From NCBI GenBank assembly GCA_030833185.1, contig JAURHQ010000004.1, forward strand, positions 1 through 57,067: a DNA stretch of 57,067 bases. Direction: 5' to 3'. Below are positions 1-11,811 of this stretch, in pieces (positions within the stretch are counted from its first letter, which is position 1; each line of letters begins with the position of its first letter). A model generated the notes under the pieces. That model was not told the DNA's origin. It saw nothing but the letters and a program-made list of their open reading frames with translations, and ran no database searches. Source of the DNA: Gammaproteobacteria bacterium. GTDB lineage: Bacteria > Pseudomonadota > Gammaproteobacteria > Ga0077536. Both the position numbers and the translations under genes were made by a program.

Positions 1-295
1 CGGCCGCGTAACGTTGGCGCGACCGCCAGCGGCGATGACGGCTCGCCTCGCGGAGCATGCGCGGGGCAGCGTCGAGCAATAGCACCGTAGCCTTTCGGTA
101 ACGGCGCTCAAGGTCGCGCGCGCAGTAGCCGGTACCTGCGCCAAGATCGACGACAAGGCGCGGTTCCAGCTTCATCATCGCCAGCCGCTCGAGCAAGCGG
201 TCCGCTACTTCGCGTTGGATAACAGCGTGGTCGTCATAGGTTGGTGCGGCGGCGTCGAAGGAACGACGGATCAGCGTGGGGTCAATGCCGGTCAT
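1..295 (-). CDS. bioC: malonyl-ACP O-methyltransferase BioC, N-terminal part (gene runs off the window start)
   Basis: Own translation of the minus strand from ATG at 295-293 gives MTGIDPTLIRRSFDAAAPTYDDHAVIQREVADRLLERL...VVDLGAGTGY. This is a BioC-type N-terminus with SAM-MTase motif I. It starts 4 nt after the bioF stop, in the bioB-bioF operon context. Confidence 0.75.
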   Translation of the reverse strand, partial: MTGIDPTLIRRSFDAAAPTYDDHAVIQREVADRLLERLAMMKLEPRLVVDLGAGTGYCARDLERRYRKATVLLLDAAPRMLREASRHRRWRSRQRYAA

Positions 296-298
296 TGC

Positions 299-1462
299 TT
301 AAACCCCGTTGGCTGACATGGGCAGCACGCGCTTCAAGGTCGTTACGAGAGCATCGATTTGTGCCTCGCTGTGCGCGGCTGACAGACAGATCCGCAATCG
401 CGCGGTGCCTTCCGGCACGGTGGGCGGCCGGATCGCGCGAACGTAAAACCCGGCTGCCCTGAGGAGGCCCGCAGCGTTAAGCGCGGTGTCGTCTGCGCCT
501 AGCATGATCGGTTGGATCGGCGAATTCAGCCCCGAGGGCGTCAGGCCCACCGCGAGCATCGTCTCGGTGAAATACCGGATTCGCGCATCCAAGGTGTGAA
601 TGCGTTGGGGTTCCTGCTGAACGATACGCAGCGCGGTCAGCGTTGCCGAGGCCAGCATGGGGGGTAGCGCGGTGTCGTAGATGAAGGGCCGAGCGTGCTG
701 CAAAAGGGTTTCGATGAGGTCTTCCCGGCCGACCACGGCGGCGCCCGTCGTGCCCAGCGCCTTACCGAAAGTGACCATCACCAGCGGTGCGTCTTCCTGA
801 CTGAGCCCTTGTTCGCTAACGGCGCCACGACCTTGCCCGGCAACGCCGAACCCGTGGGCATCGTCACAGATCAGCAGGGCGTCGTGCCGGTGCGCGATAT
901 CCGCCAAGGCTTTTAGCGGCGCGCTGTCGCCATCCATGCTGAAGACGGTGTCGGTGACCAGCAATCGTGCTTCAGCGCGGGCATTGCGCAGTCTTGATTC
1001 AAGGTCCGCTGCATCAGCGTGTCGGTAACGCACTGAATGCGCACCGCTGAGCCTAACGCCGTCTATCAGTGAGGCATGGTTTAGCCGGTCCTGATAAATC
1101 TCGCTGTGACGGTCGGCAAACGTGCTGAGGGTGCCCAGATTGGCAAGATAGCCGGAAGAGAACAGCAGCGCGCGGTCACGGCCCATATAGTCAGCCAGCG
1201 CCGTGGCGAGTTCGTGATGCGGTTCGGCCCAGCCCGAGAGGAGTCCCGCGGCGCCAGCCCCCAAGCCGTACTGCGCCGCAGATTCAGCCGCCGCAGCGGC
1301 GAGGCGTGGGTCGCTTGCGAGACCCAGATAATCATTACTGCAGAAATTGACTAAGGGCGTTCCGGCGATGCTGATTAGCGGACCTTGGGTCCCGTCGCGA
1401 CGCTCAAGCGCCCGGCGGCGGCTGGCCGGGACCGGCACCCGGGCTTTCGCAGAAACGGTCAT
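299..1462 (-). CDS. bioF: 8-amino-7-oxononanoate synthase
   Basis: 387 aa ORF of the alpha-oxoamine synthase family (NDYLGL, SGYLAN, DDAHGFG, a PLP-lysine region FGKALG). It lies directly downstream of bioB. Confidence 0.93.
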   Translation of the reverse strand: MTVSAKARVPVPASRRRALERRDGTQGPLISIAGTPLVNFCSNDYLGLASDPRLAAAAAESAAQYGLGAGAAGLLSGWAEPHHELATALADYMGRDRALLFSSGYLANLGTLSTFADRHSEIYQDRLNHASLIDGVRLSGAHSVRYRHADAADLESRLRNARAEARLLVTDTVFSMDGDSAPLKALADIAHRHDALLICDDAHGFGVAGQGRGAVSEQGLSQEDAPLVMVTFGKALGTTGAAVVGREDLIETLLQHARPFIYDTALPPMLASATLTALRIVQQEPQRIHTLDARIRYFTETMLAVGLTPSGLNSPIQPIMLGADDTALNAAGLLRAAGFYVRAIRPPTVPEGTARLRICLSAAHSEAQIDALVTTLKRVLPMSANGV

Positions 1463-1483
1463 GCACCAGCGCTCGCAGCGGCG

Positions 1484-2482
1484 CTAGCCGCTGGCTGCCA
1501 TGGTGTCGATGCCTAGTCTGGCGAACAGGTCGAGATCTTCATTTTGGCCAGGGTTAGGCGTGGTCAGCAGTTGTTCACCGTAGAACACGGAATTGGCGCC
1601 TGCGAAATAGGCGAGCGCCTGACCGGCTTCGCCAAGCTCGCGGCGACCCGCTGATAAGCGCACGTAAGATGCCGGCATCATGATGCGTGCCGCAGCTATC
1701 GTGCGGACCACATCAAAGCAGTCGACAGGTTTTTCGTTGGCCAACGGTGTGCCTTCCACACGCACCAGCTGATTTATCGGAACGCTTTCCGGCGGAACCG
1801 GCAGATTGGCGAGTTGGCACAGCAGGCCAGCACGGTCGGCCACATCTTCGCCCAGCCCAACAATACCGCCGCAGCACACATTGATGCCGGCGTCACGAAC
1901 CGCAGAGAGGGTGTTAAGACGGTCTTGGTAGGTCCGCGTGGTGATGACGTCGCCGTAATGCTCGGGCGAGGTATCGAGATTGTGGTTGTAGTAGTCGAGA
2001 CCGGCTGATTTAAGCGTTTCGGCCTGCGTCGGTTTGAGCATACCCAAGGTGACGCAGGTTTCCATTCCAAGTCCTTTAATGGCCGTTACAAGTTCGGCGA
2101 CCTGGGCGACCTCCTTGTCTTTGGGCGCGCGCCAGGCGGCGCCCATACAAAACCGACTAGCGCCTGCTGCTTTGGCCTTGAGCGCTGCTGCTGTGACTTG
2201 TTCCACCGACATCAGCGGTGACGCCTCAACACCGGTGTCATACCGGGCGCTCTGCGGACAGTACGCGCAATCCTCCGGGCATCCACCGCTTTTAATGTTC
2301 AAAAGGGTGCTGAGCTGGATCTGATTGGGATTGAAATGCTCGCGGTGCACGGCATGGGCACGAAACAGCAGATCGTTAAACGGCATAGTCAGCAGCTTGC
2401 TGGCCTCCTCAAGGGTCCAACGAAGTTCGTTAGCGGGCGCTAGCGGCATGGGGTCAGCAAGGGTGTTCTGGGCGTTCAACAT
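1484..2482 (-). CDS. bioB: biotin synthase (radical SAM)
   Basis: 332 aa ORF with the radical SAM cluster motif [11 protein letters not shown] and typical BioB sequence ([16 protein letters not shown]). Confidence 0.96.
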   Translation of the reverse strand: MLNAQNTLADPMPLAPANELRWTLEEASKLLTMPFNDLLFRAHAVHREHFNPNQIQLSTLLNIKSGGCPEDCAYCPQSARYDTGVEASPLMSVEQVTAAALKAKAAGASRFCMGAAWRAPKDKEVAQVAELVTAIKGLGMETCVTLGMLKPTQAETLKSAGLDYYNHNLDTSPEHYGDVITTRTYQDRLNTLSAVRDAGINVCCGGIVGLGEDVADRAGLLCQLANLPVPPESVPINQLVRVEGTPLANEKPVDCFDVVRTIAAARIMMPASYVRLSAGRRELGEAGQALAYFAGANSVFYGEQLLTTPNPGQNEDLDLFARLGIDTMAASG

Positions 2483-2485
2483 GGT

Positions 2486-3223
2486 GTGTTTCCGGTTGGG
2501 TTAGCGCGCCGGGCTGACAAGGACTTCTGCTCTATGCGTTTGCCGGGCGTTTCGCTATCAAGCCTATGGCATGGCTTGAATCCTTACAACTGGTCGGCTT
2601 TTGGCCAGTCCCGCGCGCTCTCACTAGAGCGGTGCCTCTTGTGTCTTGAGCCAGTGCTGGGACCGCCCCTCTGCGCGGCCTGCAGACTTGATTTACCTTG
2701 GCGCGTAACACCCTTATCCGGGCGTTCCTTGCGAGAAGTCAGCGCGTTCGCTGCTTTTCGCTACGAATTTCCTATTTCTGGGCTAATCTGGGCGCTTAAA
2801 TTTGGCCATAACGTGGGTGTCGGAGCCTTATTGGGAGGCCTGATGGCGCAGGCCACGTTCGTTGAATCCCTCTCGGGTTTCACGGTTTGTGCGGTTCCGC
2901 TCAGCCTGAAGCGAAAGATTTATCGGGGCTATAACCAAAGCGCCGTGTTAGCGGAAGGTTTGGCGGCGACACTTGGACTGTCGCTCAACCTAAGTTACCT
3001 GCGCCGCATCCGTGACACGCCGCCGCAGCGCGGATTGGGGCGCCGGGCGCGACGCCGAAACGTTCGTTCAGCTTTTGTCGCCGCGCCGAGCGTGAGCGGC
3101 CAACGGGTGTTGGTCGTAGACGACGTTTTCACCACGGGAGCAACCCTGCTCGCGGCCAGGCAGGCGCTGCTGGCGGCCGGCGCGCAGGAAGTTGCTTTCT
3201 ACGCCTGCGCCGCGGTGCACTAA
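2486..3223 (+). CDS. ComF-family phosphoribosyltransferase-domain protein
   Basis: It has an N-terminal Cys-rich motif (CLLCLEP...[11 protein letters not shown]) and a C-terminal PRTase motif ([14 protein letters not shown]). The start is uncertain (GTG 2486 or ATG about 2533). Confidence 0.8.
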   Translation: MFPVGLARRADKDFCSMRLPGVSLSSLWHGLNPYNWSAFGQSRALSLERCLLCLEPVLGPPLCAACRLDLPWRVTPLSGRSLREVSAFAAFRYEFPISGLIWALKFGHNVGVGALLGGLMAQATFVESLSGFTVCAVPLSLKRKIYRGYNQSAVLAEGLAATLGLSLNLSYLRRIRDTPPQRGLGRRARRRNVRSAFVAAPSVSGQRVLVVDDVFTTGATLLAARQALLAAGAQEVAFYACAAVH

Positions 3224-3227
3224 ATGC

Positions 3228-5651
<2,424 letters not shown>

Positions 5652-5655
5652 TTAC

Positions 5656-6738
5656 TCATTGAGCTAAAAAAGTCCCGTGTTCCACGTGGAACCGTTGGGC
5701 ATTATCGAGATACTTGCCCTTGGCCAGCACCTCGTAGTCTATAGCGGTCACAAAAGTCTGGCGCCGCCCGTTTACAAGCGTCTCAAGCACGACGCGTTGA
5801 GCTTGTTGATCCAACTCGGCACTCAGATCGTCGATTAGCAGAACAGGCTCAACTTGCGAGGTCTGTTCCAGGTAAGCGAGTTGAGCTGCGACCAGAAGAC
5901 ACGCGATTCGCTTGGCTTGCCCGCGAGACACCCGTTGCTTAGCGGCGATCCCGTCAACAGTCACCCGAAGTTCAGCGCGTTGTGGACCAACCAGAGTCAT
6001 ATTCCACTGCTTTTCGCGCTCGGCGCCTTCGGTCAGCGCTTCCCTTAAGCTAAGTCCAGCGCGCCAGCCAGATCGATAATCAAGCCGCAGTGTACCTGCT
6101 CCGGCGCCCGCCCATGGTTCCATCAACGAAAGGAGACTGTTTAAGGCCGCTACGCCCGCCTGCCGTCTTTGATCTACAGCTAAGGCCAGACTACAAAACT
6201 CCTCGTCCCAGAACTCAAGCGCTGACCCCGAACTTCCTTGGCGAATGGCCTCATTGCGATGCTGCATCGACCGATGGAATTTCTTGAACAAATCCAGGTA
6301 GTCAGGTTCCACGTGAAACAAAGTGCGGTCGATCAGAGACCGCCTGTACGCGGGCGAATTGGACACCAACTGGTAGAGTTGGGCATCGAGAGAAATAACC
6401 GGCAAATAGGCCATCAGGCTTGAAGCAGAACGAACGCTAGCCCCGTTCGCGCGACACACCGTGCCGAGCCGCGATTTCTCGACCCCTAAGCGAACTGCCA
6501 CACCGTCGCAATCGACTTCCCCGTTAACGACCGTCTCCGTCGCGCCCCTGGTTACGAAATCTGCCGGCGCTCCGCCTGAAAACGGCTTTCCCGTCGCAAG
6601 GAGGTGAATCGCATCGAGAAGGCTCGTCTTACCGCTCCCGTTCTGGCCCTCTATCACATTGACCTTGGACGAAAATTTCAGATCGACTGAACACAAGTTA
6701 CGAAAGTTTTTTATGCGCAACTCGCGCAAAAACGCCAT
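5656..6738 (-). CDS. recF: DNA replication and repair protein RecF
   Basis: 360 aa ORF with Walker A GQNGSGKTSLLDAI, in the conserved dnaA-dnaN-recF-gyrB order. Confidence 0.95.
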   Translation of the reverse strand: MAFLRELRIKNFRNLCSVDLKFSSKVNVIEGQNGSGKTSLLDAIHLLATGKPFSGGAPADFVTRGATETVVNGEVDCDGVAVRLGVEKSRLGTVCRANGASVRSASSLMAYLPVISLDAQLYQLVSNSPAYRRSLIDRTLFHVEPDYLDLFKKFHRSMQHRNEAIRQGSSGSALEFWDEEFCSLALAVDQRRQAGVAALNSLLSLMEPWAGAGAGTLRLDYRSGWRAGLSLREALTEGAEREKQWNMTLVGPQRAELRVTVDGIAAKQRVSRGQAKRIACLLVAAQLAYLEQTSQVEPVLLIDDLSAELDQQAQRVVLETLVNGRRQTFVTAIDYEVLAKGKYLDNAQRFHVEHGTFLAQ

Positions 6739-6769
6739 CTTGAAATGCTAGCTCGGGCTGCCGGACGAC

Positions 6770-7870
6770 TTAGAGACGCATCGGCATAATCACGTAACGT
6801 GCACGCTGGTCCTCTGGCGAGAAAATCACCGCGCTACTGTTGGGGTCAGAGAGCTCAATACACACCTCTTTCGATTCCAACACTGTCAGCACATCAAGCA
6901 GATACGAGACGTTAAAGCCGATTTCAAGATCTGGCCCCGTGTAATTCACCTCAAGGTCTTCTTCTGCCTCCTCCTGCTCTGGATTGTGAGTCATGGCCTT
7001 GAGCAGGTTCGTGCCCAACACCAGCCGTACGCCGCGGAACTTCTCGTTCGACAAAATCGACGTACGACTGAAAGCTGAACGTAAGGCGTCGCGGTCAGCA
7101 ATGACGGATTTTTCGCCTTTAACCGGTATAACTCTCTGATAATCGGGAAATTTCCCGTCAATCAACTTAGCCGTCAATGACTGCCCCGCCGCTTCCAAGC
7201 GCAAATGGTTCTCTCCGAGAACGAGACAGACCTCACCGTCTTGATGGGCCAGCATTCTCTGGATTTCCTGCACCGCCTTACGAGGAACGATGATCTGCGT
7301 CGTCGCACCCAGATCTTGTTCTAATTCGCGGTCGCATAAGGCCAGACGATGGCCGTCAGTAGCTACCGCACGCACGGTTTGACCACGCAATTCAAGCAAC
7401 AGACCATTGAGGTAATACCGGACATCCTGGTGCGCCATCGCGAACTGGGTGCTGCGGACAAGCTCCGACAGCTCGCTGGCTCGAATCTTGATTTCGGCTT
7501 GATTCTGGAAGCTACCAACCGCTGGAAAATCATCCGCCGGCAACACGCCCAGGCTGAAACGGCTACGACCGGACTGAACTTTCGCTTTTCCGCTGCTCAC
7601 GTCGATTTGAAGCGCGGCATCACTCGGCAAACTCCGGCAGATATCAAGCAACTTTTTTGCAGGCAACGTAGTACTGCCTTCGCGGATCACCTCAGCGCCA
7701 CATCCCAGAGATACTTCGACTTCCATATCAGTCGCTGTCAGGTTCAAAGCGCCTTGATGCGCGTTGAGCAGAACATTGCCTAGAATCTGCATCGACTGGC
7801 GGCGGTCCACGACGTTTGCCACGGCCTGGAGTGCAGGCAAAAGTGTTTCTCTTGTTACTGATATCTTCAT
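6770..7870 (-). CDS. dnaN: DNA polymerase III beta sliding clamp
   Basis: 366 aa ORF with a typical DnaN start (MKISVTRETLLPALQAVANVV) and a C-terminal YVIMPMRL. Confidence 0.97.
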   Translation of the reverse strand: MKISVTRETLLPALQAVANVVDRRQSMQILGNVLLNAHQGALNLTATDMEVEVSLGCGAEVIREGSTTLPAKKLLDICRSLPSDAALQIDVSSGKAKVQSGRSRFSLGVLPADDFPAVGSFQNQAEIKIRASELSELVRSTQFAMAHQDVRYYLNGLLLELRGQTVRAVATDGHRLALCDRELEQDLGATTQIIVPRKAVQEIQRMLAHQDGEVCLVLGENHLRLEAAGQSLTAKLIDGKFPDYQRVIPVKGEKSVIADRDALRSAFSRTSILSNEKFRGVRLVLGTNLLKAMTHNPEQEEAEEDLEVNYTGPDLEIGFNVSYLLDVLTVLESKEVCIELSDPNSSAVIFSPEDQRARYVIMPMRL

Positions 7871-7978
7871 TTAAATATCAACCTGATTGTGTTTATTAGC
7901 GTCAGTCAAACTTGGCTTAAATCGAAAAATTTCATTAAAAATCAGAATCTTGTTTGAATAAGAACCGGCGTTTAAGCC

Positions 7979-7987
7979 TGTGGATAA
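7979..7987 (-). promoter_or_regulatory. DnaA box (TGTGGATAA, the complement of TTATCCACA)
   Basis: Perfect 9-mer match to the consensus TTATCCACA, read directly from the sequence. Confidence 0.7.
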
Positions 7988-8046
7988 ATAGCCTGACGGA
8001 CAGTGGCCTCGCTGCAATAGTTACAGGGCTTCAAGCTGGAACCAAG

Positions 8047-8055
8047 TTATCCACA
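8047..8055 (+). promoter_or_regulatory. DnaA box (TTATCCACA)
   Basis: Perfect 9-mer consensus located 10 nt beyond the dnaA stop codon. Confidence 0.7.
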
Positions 8056-8064
8056 GATTTGCCC

Positions 8065-9423
8065 TTAACTCGTCAAGATCCGCTCTATGTTGATGTAGTC
8101 CTCTTGAAGACGCTCCTCCGAGCGCCTCAATTCAGCGATTTTCTTGCACGCATGAATGACCGTCGTGTGGTCTCTGCCACCAAAAGCATCGCCAATTTCC
8201 GGGAGGCTGTGATTGGTCAACTCCTTGGCAATTGCCATCGCCAGCTGCCGTGGCCTCGCTACCGACCTGTTGCGTCGCTTCGACAGCAAGTCCGACACCC
8301 GCATCTTGTAGTACTCGGCAACGGTCTTCTGGATGTTCTCAATGCTGACTTGCTTGTCTTGGAGCGCCAAAAGGTCTTTCAGCGCCTCTTTGGCAAACTC
8401 AAGTGAAATATCCCGTTGCCCGGCAAAATTCGATTTCGCGACAACGCGGTGCAGGGCGCCTTCAAGCTCCCGGATATTGGATTTGAATCGCTTGGCAATG
8501 AAGAAAGCCACTTCGTGCGGGAGCGTGATAGGCGTGGCCTCTGCCTTGCTGAGCAAAATAGCGACTCTGGTTTCTAACTCTGCGGGCTCTATGGCAACCG
8601 TCAGCCCCCAACCAAACCTCGATTTGAGGCGCTCTTCGATACCGGTAACCTCGCGAGGATAGCGGTCGCAAGTCAGCACGATTTGGCGCTGACCTTCTAG
8701 CAGGGAGTTGAACGTGTGAAACAACTCTTCCTGAGACCGCTCTTTGCCCGCGAAGAACTGAATATCATCGATAAGCAGCGCATCAACCGATCGATAGTGC
8801 CGCTTAAATTCATTAATGGAGTTGTGCTGTAAGGCACGGACCATATCGCCAACAAAGCGTTCCGAGTGCAGGTACGCCACGCGAGCATTTGGATTGTGGG
8901 ACAGCAGATGGTTTCCAACGGCGTGCATCAAGTGCGTTTTACCTAGGCCAACACCACCGCAAATAAACAGTGGGTTATAGGATTTACCTGGATTTTCCGC
9001 GACTTGGATAGAAGCCGCGCGCGCGAGTTGATTGGACTTGCCTTCAACGAAATTTGAAAAGGTGAAGTCTCTTCTTACCGATGAACTCGCACGGCGATGG
9101 CTGGATGCCTTCGGCCGCTCGCTCGGGCTTTCGCTGTCGTTATTGACTTCAACGGGCGGGGCTGGTGTAACCGGAGCCTCAGTGGTCTCGACACCTACCA
9201 CGATGCTGAGGTTCGCCGGGTCGATGCCCTGCTCCTCGACCATCTCGACAATTCGCCGCCAGTACTTGTCGCGCACCCAATCCAGGACAAATTTGTTTGG
9301 TGCTCGCAGTTGGAGACCACCCCCCGTCTCCTCGCCACCGAGCGGGCGTACCCAGGTGTTGAACTGCTGAGGCGTAAGCTCCTCTTCCAGCCTGGCCCTG
9401 CATCGCTGCCAAAGGAGACTCAT
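8065..9423 (-). CDS. dnaA: chromosomal replication initiator protein DnaA
   Basis: 452 aa ORF with AAA+ Walker [11 protein letters not shown], a C-terminal DNA-binding helix region ([15 protein letters not shown]) and a typical N-terminus ([25 protein letters not shown]). Confidence 0.98.
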   Translation of the reverse strand: MSLLWQRCRARLEEELTPQQFNTWVRPLGGEETGGGLQLRAPNKFVLDWVRDKYWRRIVEMVEEQGIDPANLSIVVGVETTEAPVTPAPPVEVNNDSESPSERPKASSHRRASSSVRRDFTFSNFVEGKSNQLARAASIQVAENPGKSYNPLFICGGVGLGKTHLMHAVGNHLLSHNPNARVAYLHSERFVGDMVRALQHNSINEFKRHYRSVDALLIDDIQFFAGKERSQEELFHTFNSLLEGQRQIVLTCDRYPREVTGIEERLKSRFGWGLTVAIEPAELETRVAILLSKAEATPITLPHEVAFFIAKRFKSNIRELEGALHRVVAKSNFAGQRDISLEFAKEALKDLLALQDKQVSIENIQKTVAEYYKMRVSDLLSKRRNRSVARPRQLAMAIAKELTNHSLPEIGDAFGGRDHTTVIHACKKIAELRRSEERLQEDYINIERILTS

Positions 9424-9525
9424 AAGCGTTCAGACCAAGCCTTCGTGAAACGGGCGGTCGAGTGTATACCCGTGCCTAAGGCTTCGCCACGCGCGACAAA
9501 AGTGCCGTCCAGGCTCCTGTTTTCA

Positions 9526-9555
9526 TTGACACTAATCTTCTGCGGAACGTATTCT
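9526..9555 (+). promoter_or_regulatory. candidate sigma70 promoter for rpmH-rnpA (TTGACA - 18 nt - TATTCT)
   Basis: A perfect -35 hexamer sits at 9526-9531 and a -10-like TATTCT at 9550-9555, about 80 nt upstream of the rpmH ATG. It is a sequence match only. Confidence 0.35.
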
Positions 9556-9633
9556 CCCGGGCCCTGAAGGCCGGCGTCCGACCGCGCCGCGCACTAACAA
9601 CAGTTCGCCAGCCCCAAGACCAGAGAAAAAGTC

Positions 9634-9771
9634 ATGAAACGTACTTATCAGCCAAGCCGCCTCAAGCGTGCCCGTACCCACGGCTTCCGGGCCCGCATGA
9701 AAACCCGCGGTGGCCGCGCGGTGATCAGAGCCCGTCGCGCCAAGGGCCGTCTGCGACTGACGCAAGTCTGA
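9634..9771 (+). CDS. rpmH: 50S ribosomal protein L34
   Basis: It is not in the ORF track because it is under 60 aa. Own translation gives [45 protein letters not shown] (45 aa), the canonical L34 sequence. Confidence 0.95.
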   Translation: MKRTYQPSRLKRARTHGFRARMKTRGGRAVIRARRAKGRLRLTQV

Positions 9772-10160
9772 CCGCCCGTTCGCGCAGCTTCCGGTCGACT
9801 GACCGCCTGAAGCAGGCGGCAGACTTCGACGCCGTGTTCAGTCGAGGCACTCGCGCATCTGACCGATATTTCACATTCATAGCGCTCCCTAACCAACTCG
9901 AAACGGCCCGGTTAGGGGTTGCTGTGAGCAAAAAAGCGCTACGTCTGGCCGCAGAACGAAACCGGGTTCGCCGACTCATACGGGAGACTTATCGCCTCTC
10001 CGTAGCGCGGGACTTTCCGCTCGATTTGGTGGTCATGGTTAAAAACACCGCACGGGACGTCCCGTCGCCAGTGCTTACAGCGGCTTTAAACCAACGCTGG
10101 CTGACGATCCCCGGATTTCATCATCGGCTAATACGCGACTTGAACGAGGCCTCCCCTTGA
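9768..10160 (+). CDS. rnpA: RNase P protein component
   Basis: The track ORF (GTG 9834) carries the RNR motif region ([16 protein letters not shown]). The reading frame stays open upstream and encodes the conserved RnpA N-terminus ([18 protein letters not shown]). That stretch has no ATG/GTG/TTG, so CTG at 9768 overlapping the rpmH stop (CTGA) is the proposed start. A conservative alternative is 9834-10160. Confidence 0.85.
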   Translation: MTARSRSFRSTDRLKQAADFDAVFSRGTRASDRYFTFIALPNQLETARLGVAVSKKALRLAAERNRVRRLIRETYRLSVARDFPLDLVVMVKNTARDVPSPVLTAALNQRWLTIPGFHHRLIRDLNEASP

Positions 10161-11809
10161 CCACCGAAAACATACGACTTGTTCTGGTCATTCTGCTTAG
10201 CTTCATCGGCTTGCTGTTGTGGGAGGCATGGCAAAAAGACTACGGCCACGCCCCCCAAGCGCCCGTCATAGCGACTTCCCAGGCCCCTGCGGAGCAGGCG
10301 CCCACGACACCGCCAATACCGGCTGCAAAGCAGACGCCCGATATCGCCGCGCCGAAGGCGCAAGCCGCCGCTGCTGGCACCGCACCTGCTTCCTTGACCG
10401 TGGAAACCGACCTGTTTTCTGCGGAGATCAACCTCGTCGGTGGGGTGATCGAAAAGCTGTCGCTGAAGAAGTACCGCACGTCTGGCGAGCAGGATGCCGC
10501 AGCCTTTCGCTTGCTCGATAACGGCGTTGAGCGGGAGTTCATCGCACAGAGTGGACTCAAGAGTGAAGACCGTAGCGCCGACCACTATGCGCGATTCGAG
10601 GCCACCGCCAATGCCTTCCAGATGGCTGACGGGCAGGACACCCTTGAAGTACCGCTGCGCTGGCAGGCCGGTGATGGACTGGAAGTCACACGCACGCTCG
10701 TTTTTCGGCGCGGCAGCTACGAAATAACGCAAAAATTTGACGTTAAAAACGGTTCCAGCAAAGCCTGGACCTTCAACCACTATCAACAGTTGCAGCGCCA
10801 AAGCGCGCCGGTAGGTCACCAGTTGGTGCCCACCTTCACCGGTCTTGCGGTCTCTACGCCAGAAAAGCGCTACGAGAAACACAAGTTTGAAGATCTGACC
10901 GAACAACCCATTGCCAAGGATGTAACGGGCGGCTGGCTCGCCCTCATCGAGCACTACTTCCTCGGCGCCATAATCCCTGACAGCACTATCGCCCAGCATT
11001 TCTATTCGTTCTCGCTAGGCCACAACCGTTACATCGTGGGTTTTTATGGCCCATCGACCAAGGTTGACCCCGGCGGCGCCGCGAGTACCGCATCCCAGTT
11101 TTATCTGGGACCTAAACTTCAGGAGACCTTGCCGAAGGTCGCGCCTGGACTTGAGCTTACTGTCGACTACGGCGTGCTCTGGTTTATCGCCGAACTGCTC
11201 TTTTCTGTGCTCACCTTCCTGCACGGCATGTTGGGCAATTGGGGCTGGGCCATCATTGTCCTCACGCTGCTGATCAAGCTGGTGTTTTACCCGCTGTCTG
11301 CCGCGGGCTATCGCTCGATGGCCAAGATGCGCGCCGTGCAACCGCGCCTGTTGCAACTCCGCGAGCGCTATCCGGACGACAAGGCGCGTCTCAATCAGGC
11401 AATGATGGAGATGTACAAGCAGGAAAAGATCAATCCGCTCGGCGGCTGCTTTCCGATTCTTATCCAAATTCCGGTTTTCATCTCGCTCTACTGGATGATT
11501 CTGGAAAGTGTCGAAATTCGGCAAGCGCCGTTCATGCTCTGGATCCATGACCTGTCGGTTAAAGATCCCTACTACGTCCTGCCCGCGCTGATGCTCGTCA
11601 GCATGTGGATTCAGACCAAGATGAATCCCACCCCGCCCGATCCCATTCAAGCCAAGGTGATGCAGATCATGCCGCTCATTTTCGGCGTGTTCTTCGCCTT
11701 TTTCCCGGCCGGGCTGGTGCTGTACTGGTTTGTGAACAACGTGCTGTCTATATCCCAGCAGTGGTGGATTACCCGTCAGATCGAGGGCGCCACACAAACT
11801 GCCCGTTAG
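10157..11809 (+). CDS. yidC: membrane protein insertase YidC
   Basis: 550 aa ORF with a typical N-terminal TM segment (RLVLVILLSFIGLLLWEAWQKDYG) and a conserved C-terminal 60 kDa-IMP core (KMRAVQPRLLQLRERY, GGCFPILIQIPVFISLYW). Its TTG start overlaps the rnpA stop (TTGA). Confidence 0.96.
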   Translation: MTTENIRLVLVILLSFIGLLLWEAWQKDYGHAPQAPVIATSQAPAEQAPTTPPIPAAKQTPDIAAPKAQAAAAGTAPASLTVETDLFSAEINLVGGVIEKLSLKKYRTSGEQDAAAFRLLDNGVEREFIAQSGLKSEDRSADHYARFEATANAFQMADGQDTLEVPLRWQAGDGLEVTRTLVFRRGSYEITQKFDVKNGSSKAWTFNHYQQLQRQSAPVGHQLVPTFTGLAVSTPEKRYEKHKFEDLTEQPIAKDVTGGWLALIEHYFLGAIIPDSTIAQHFYSFSLGHNRYIVGFYGPSTKVDPGGAASTASQFYLGPKLQETLPKVAPGLELTVDYGVLWFIAELLFSVLTFLHGMLGNWGWAIIVLTLLIKLVFYPLSAAGYRSMAKMRAVQPRLLQLRERYPDDKARLNQAMMEMYKQEKINPLGGCFPILIQIPVFISLYWMILESVEIRQAPFMLWIHDLSVKDPYYVLPALMLVSMWIQTKMNPTPPDPIQAKVMQIMPLIFGVFFAFFPAGLVLYWFVNNVLSISQQWWITRQIEGATQTAR

Positions 11810-11811
11810 GC

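Larger units (their letters stand above)
7871..8064. other. AT-rich dnaA-dnaN intergenic spacer, a candidate oriC / DnaA-regulated dnaN promoter region
   Basis: Hand count gives about 40% GC over 194 nt and about 32% over the dnaN-proximal 110 nt, in a genome that is about 60-68% GC elsewhere. It contains two perfect DnaA boxes in inverted orientation. Confidence 0.45.

Noticed and set aside
2483-2540. A BirA operator-type palindrome in the bioB-comF divergent region.
   Set aside because: I could find no convincing inverted repeat in the roughly 50 nt available.
11605-11811. N-terminal extensions of track ORFs for mnmE, and likewise prmA 33487-33819, dusB 35356-35805, fis 36663-36791, rppH 48288-48401, NlpC/P60 49874-50044, cmoA 54860-55087, GT4 17120-17299 and modC 51693-51731.
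   Set aside because: The extensions overlap the preceding gene or non-coding spacers and do not resemble the family N-termini. Internal starts reproduce the conserved N-termini and often form NTGA overlaps or have an SD.
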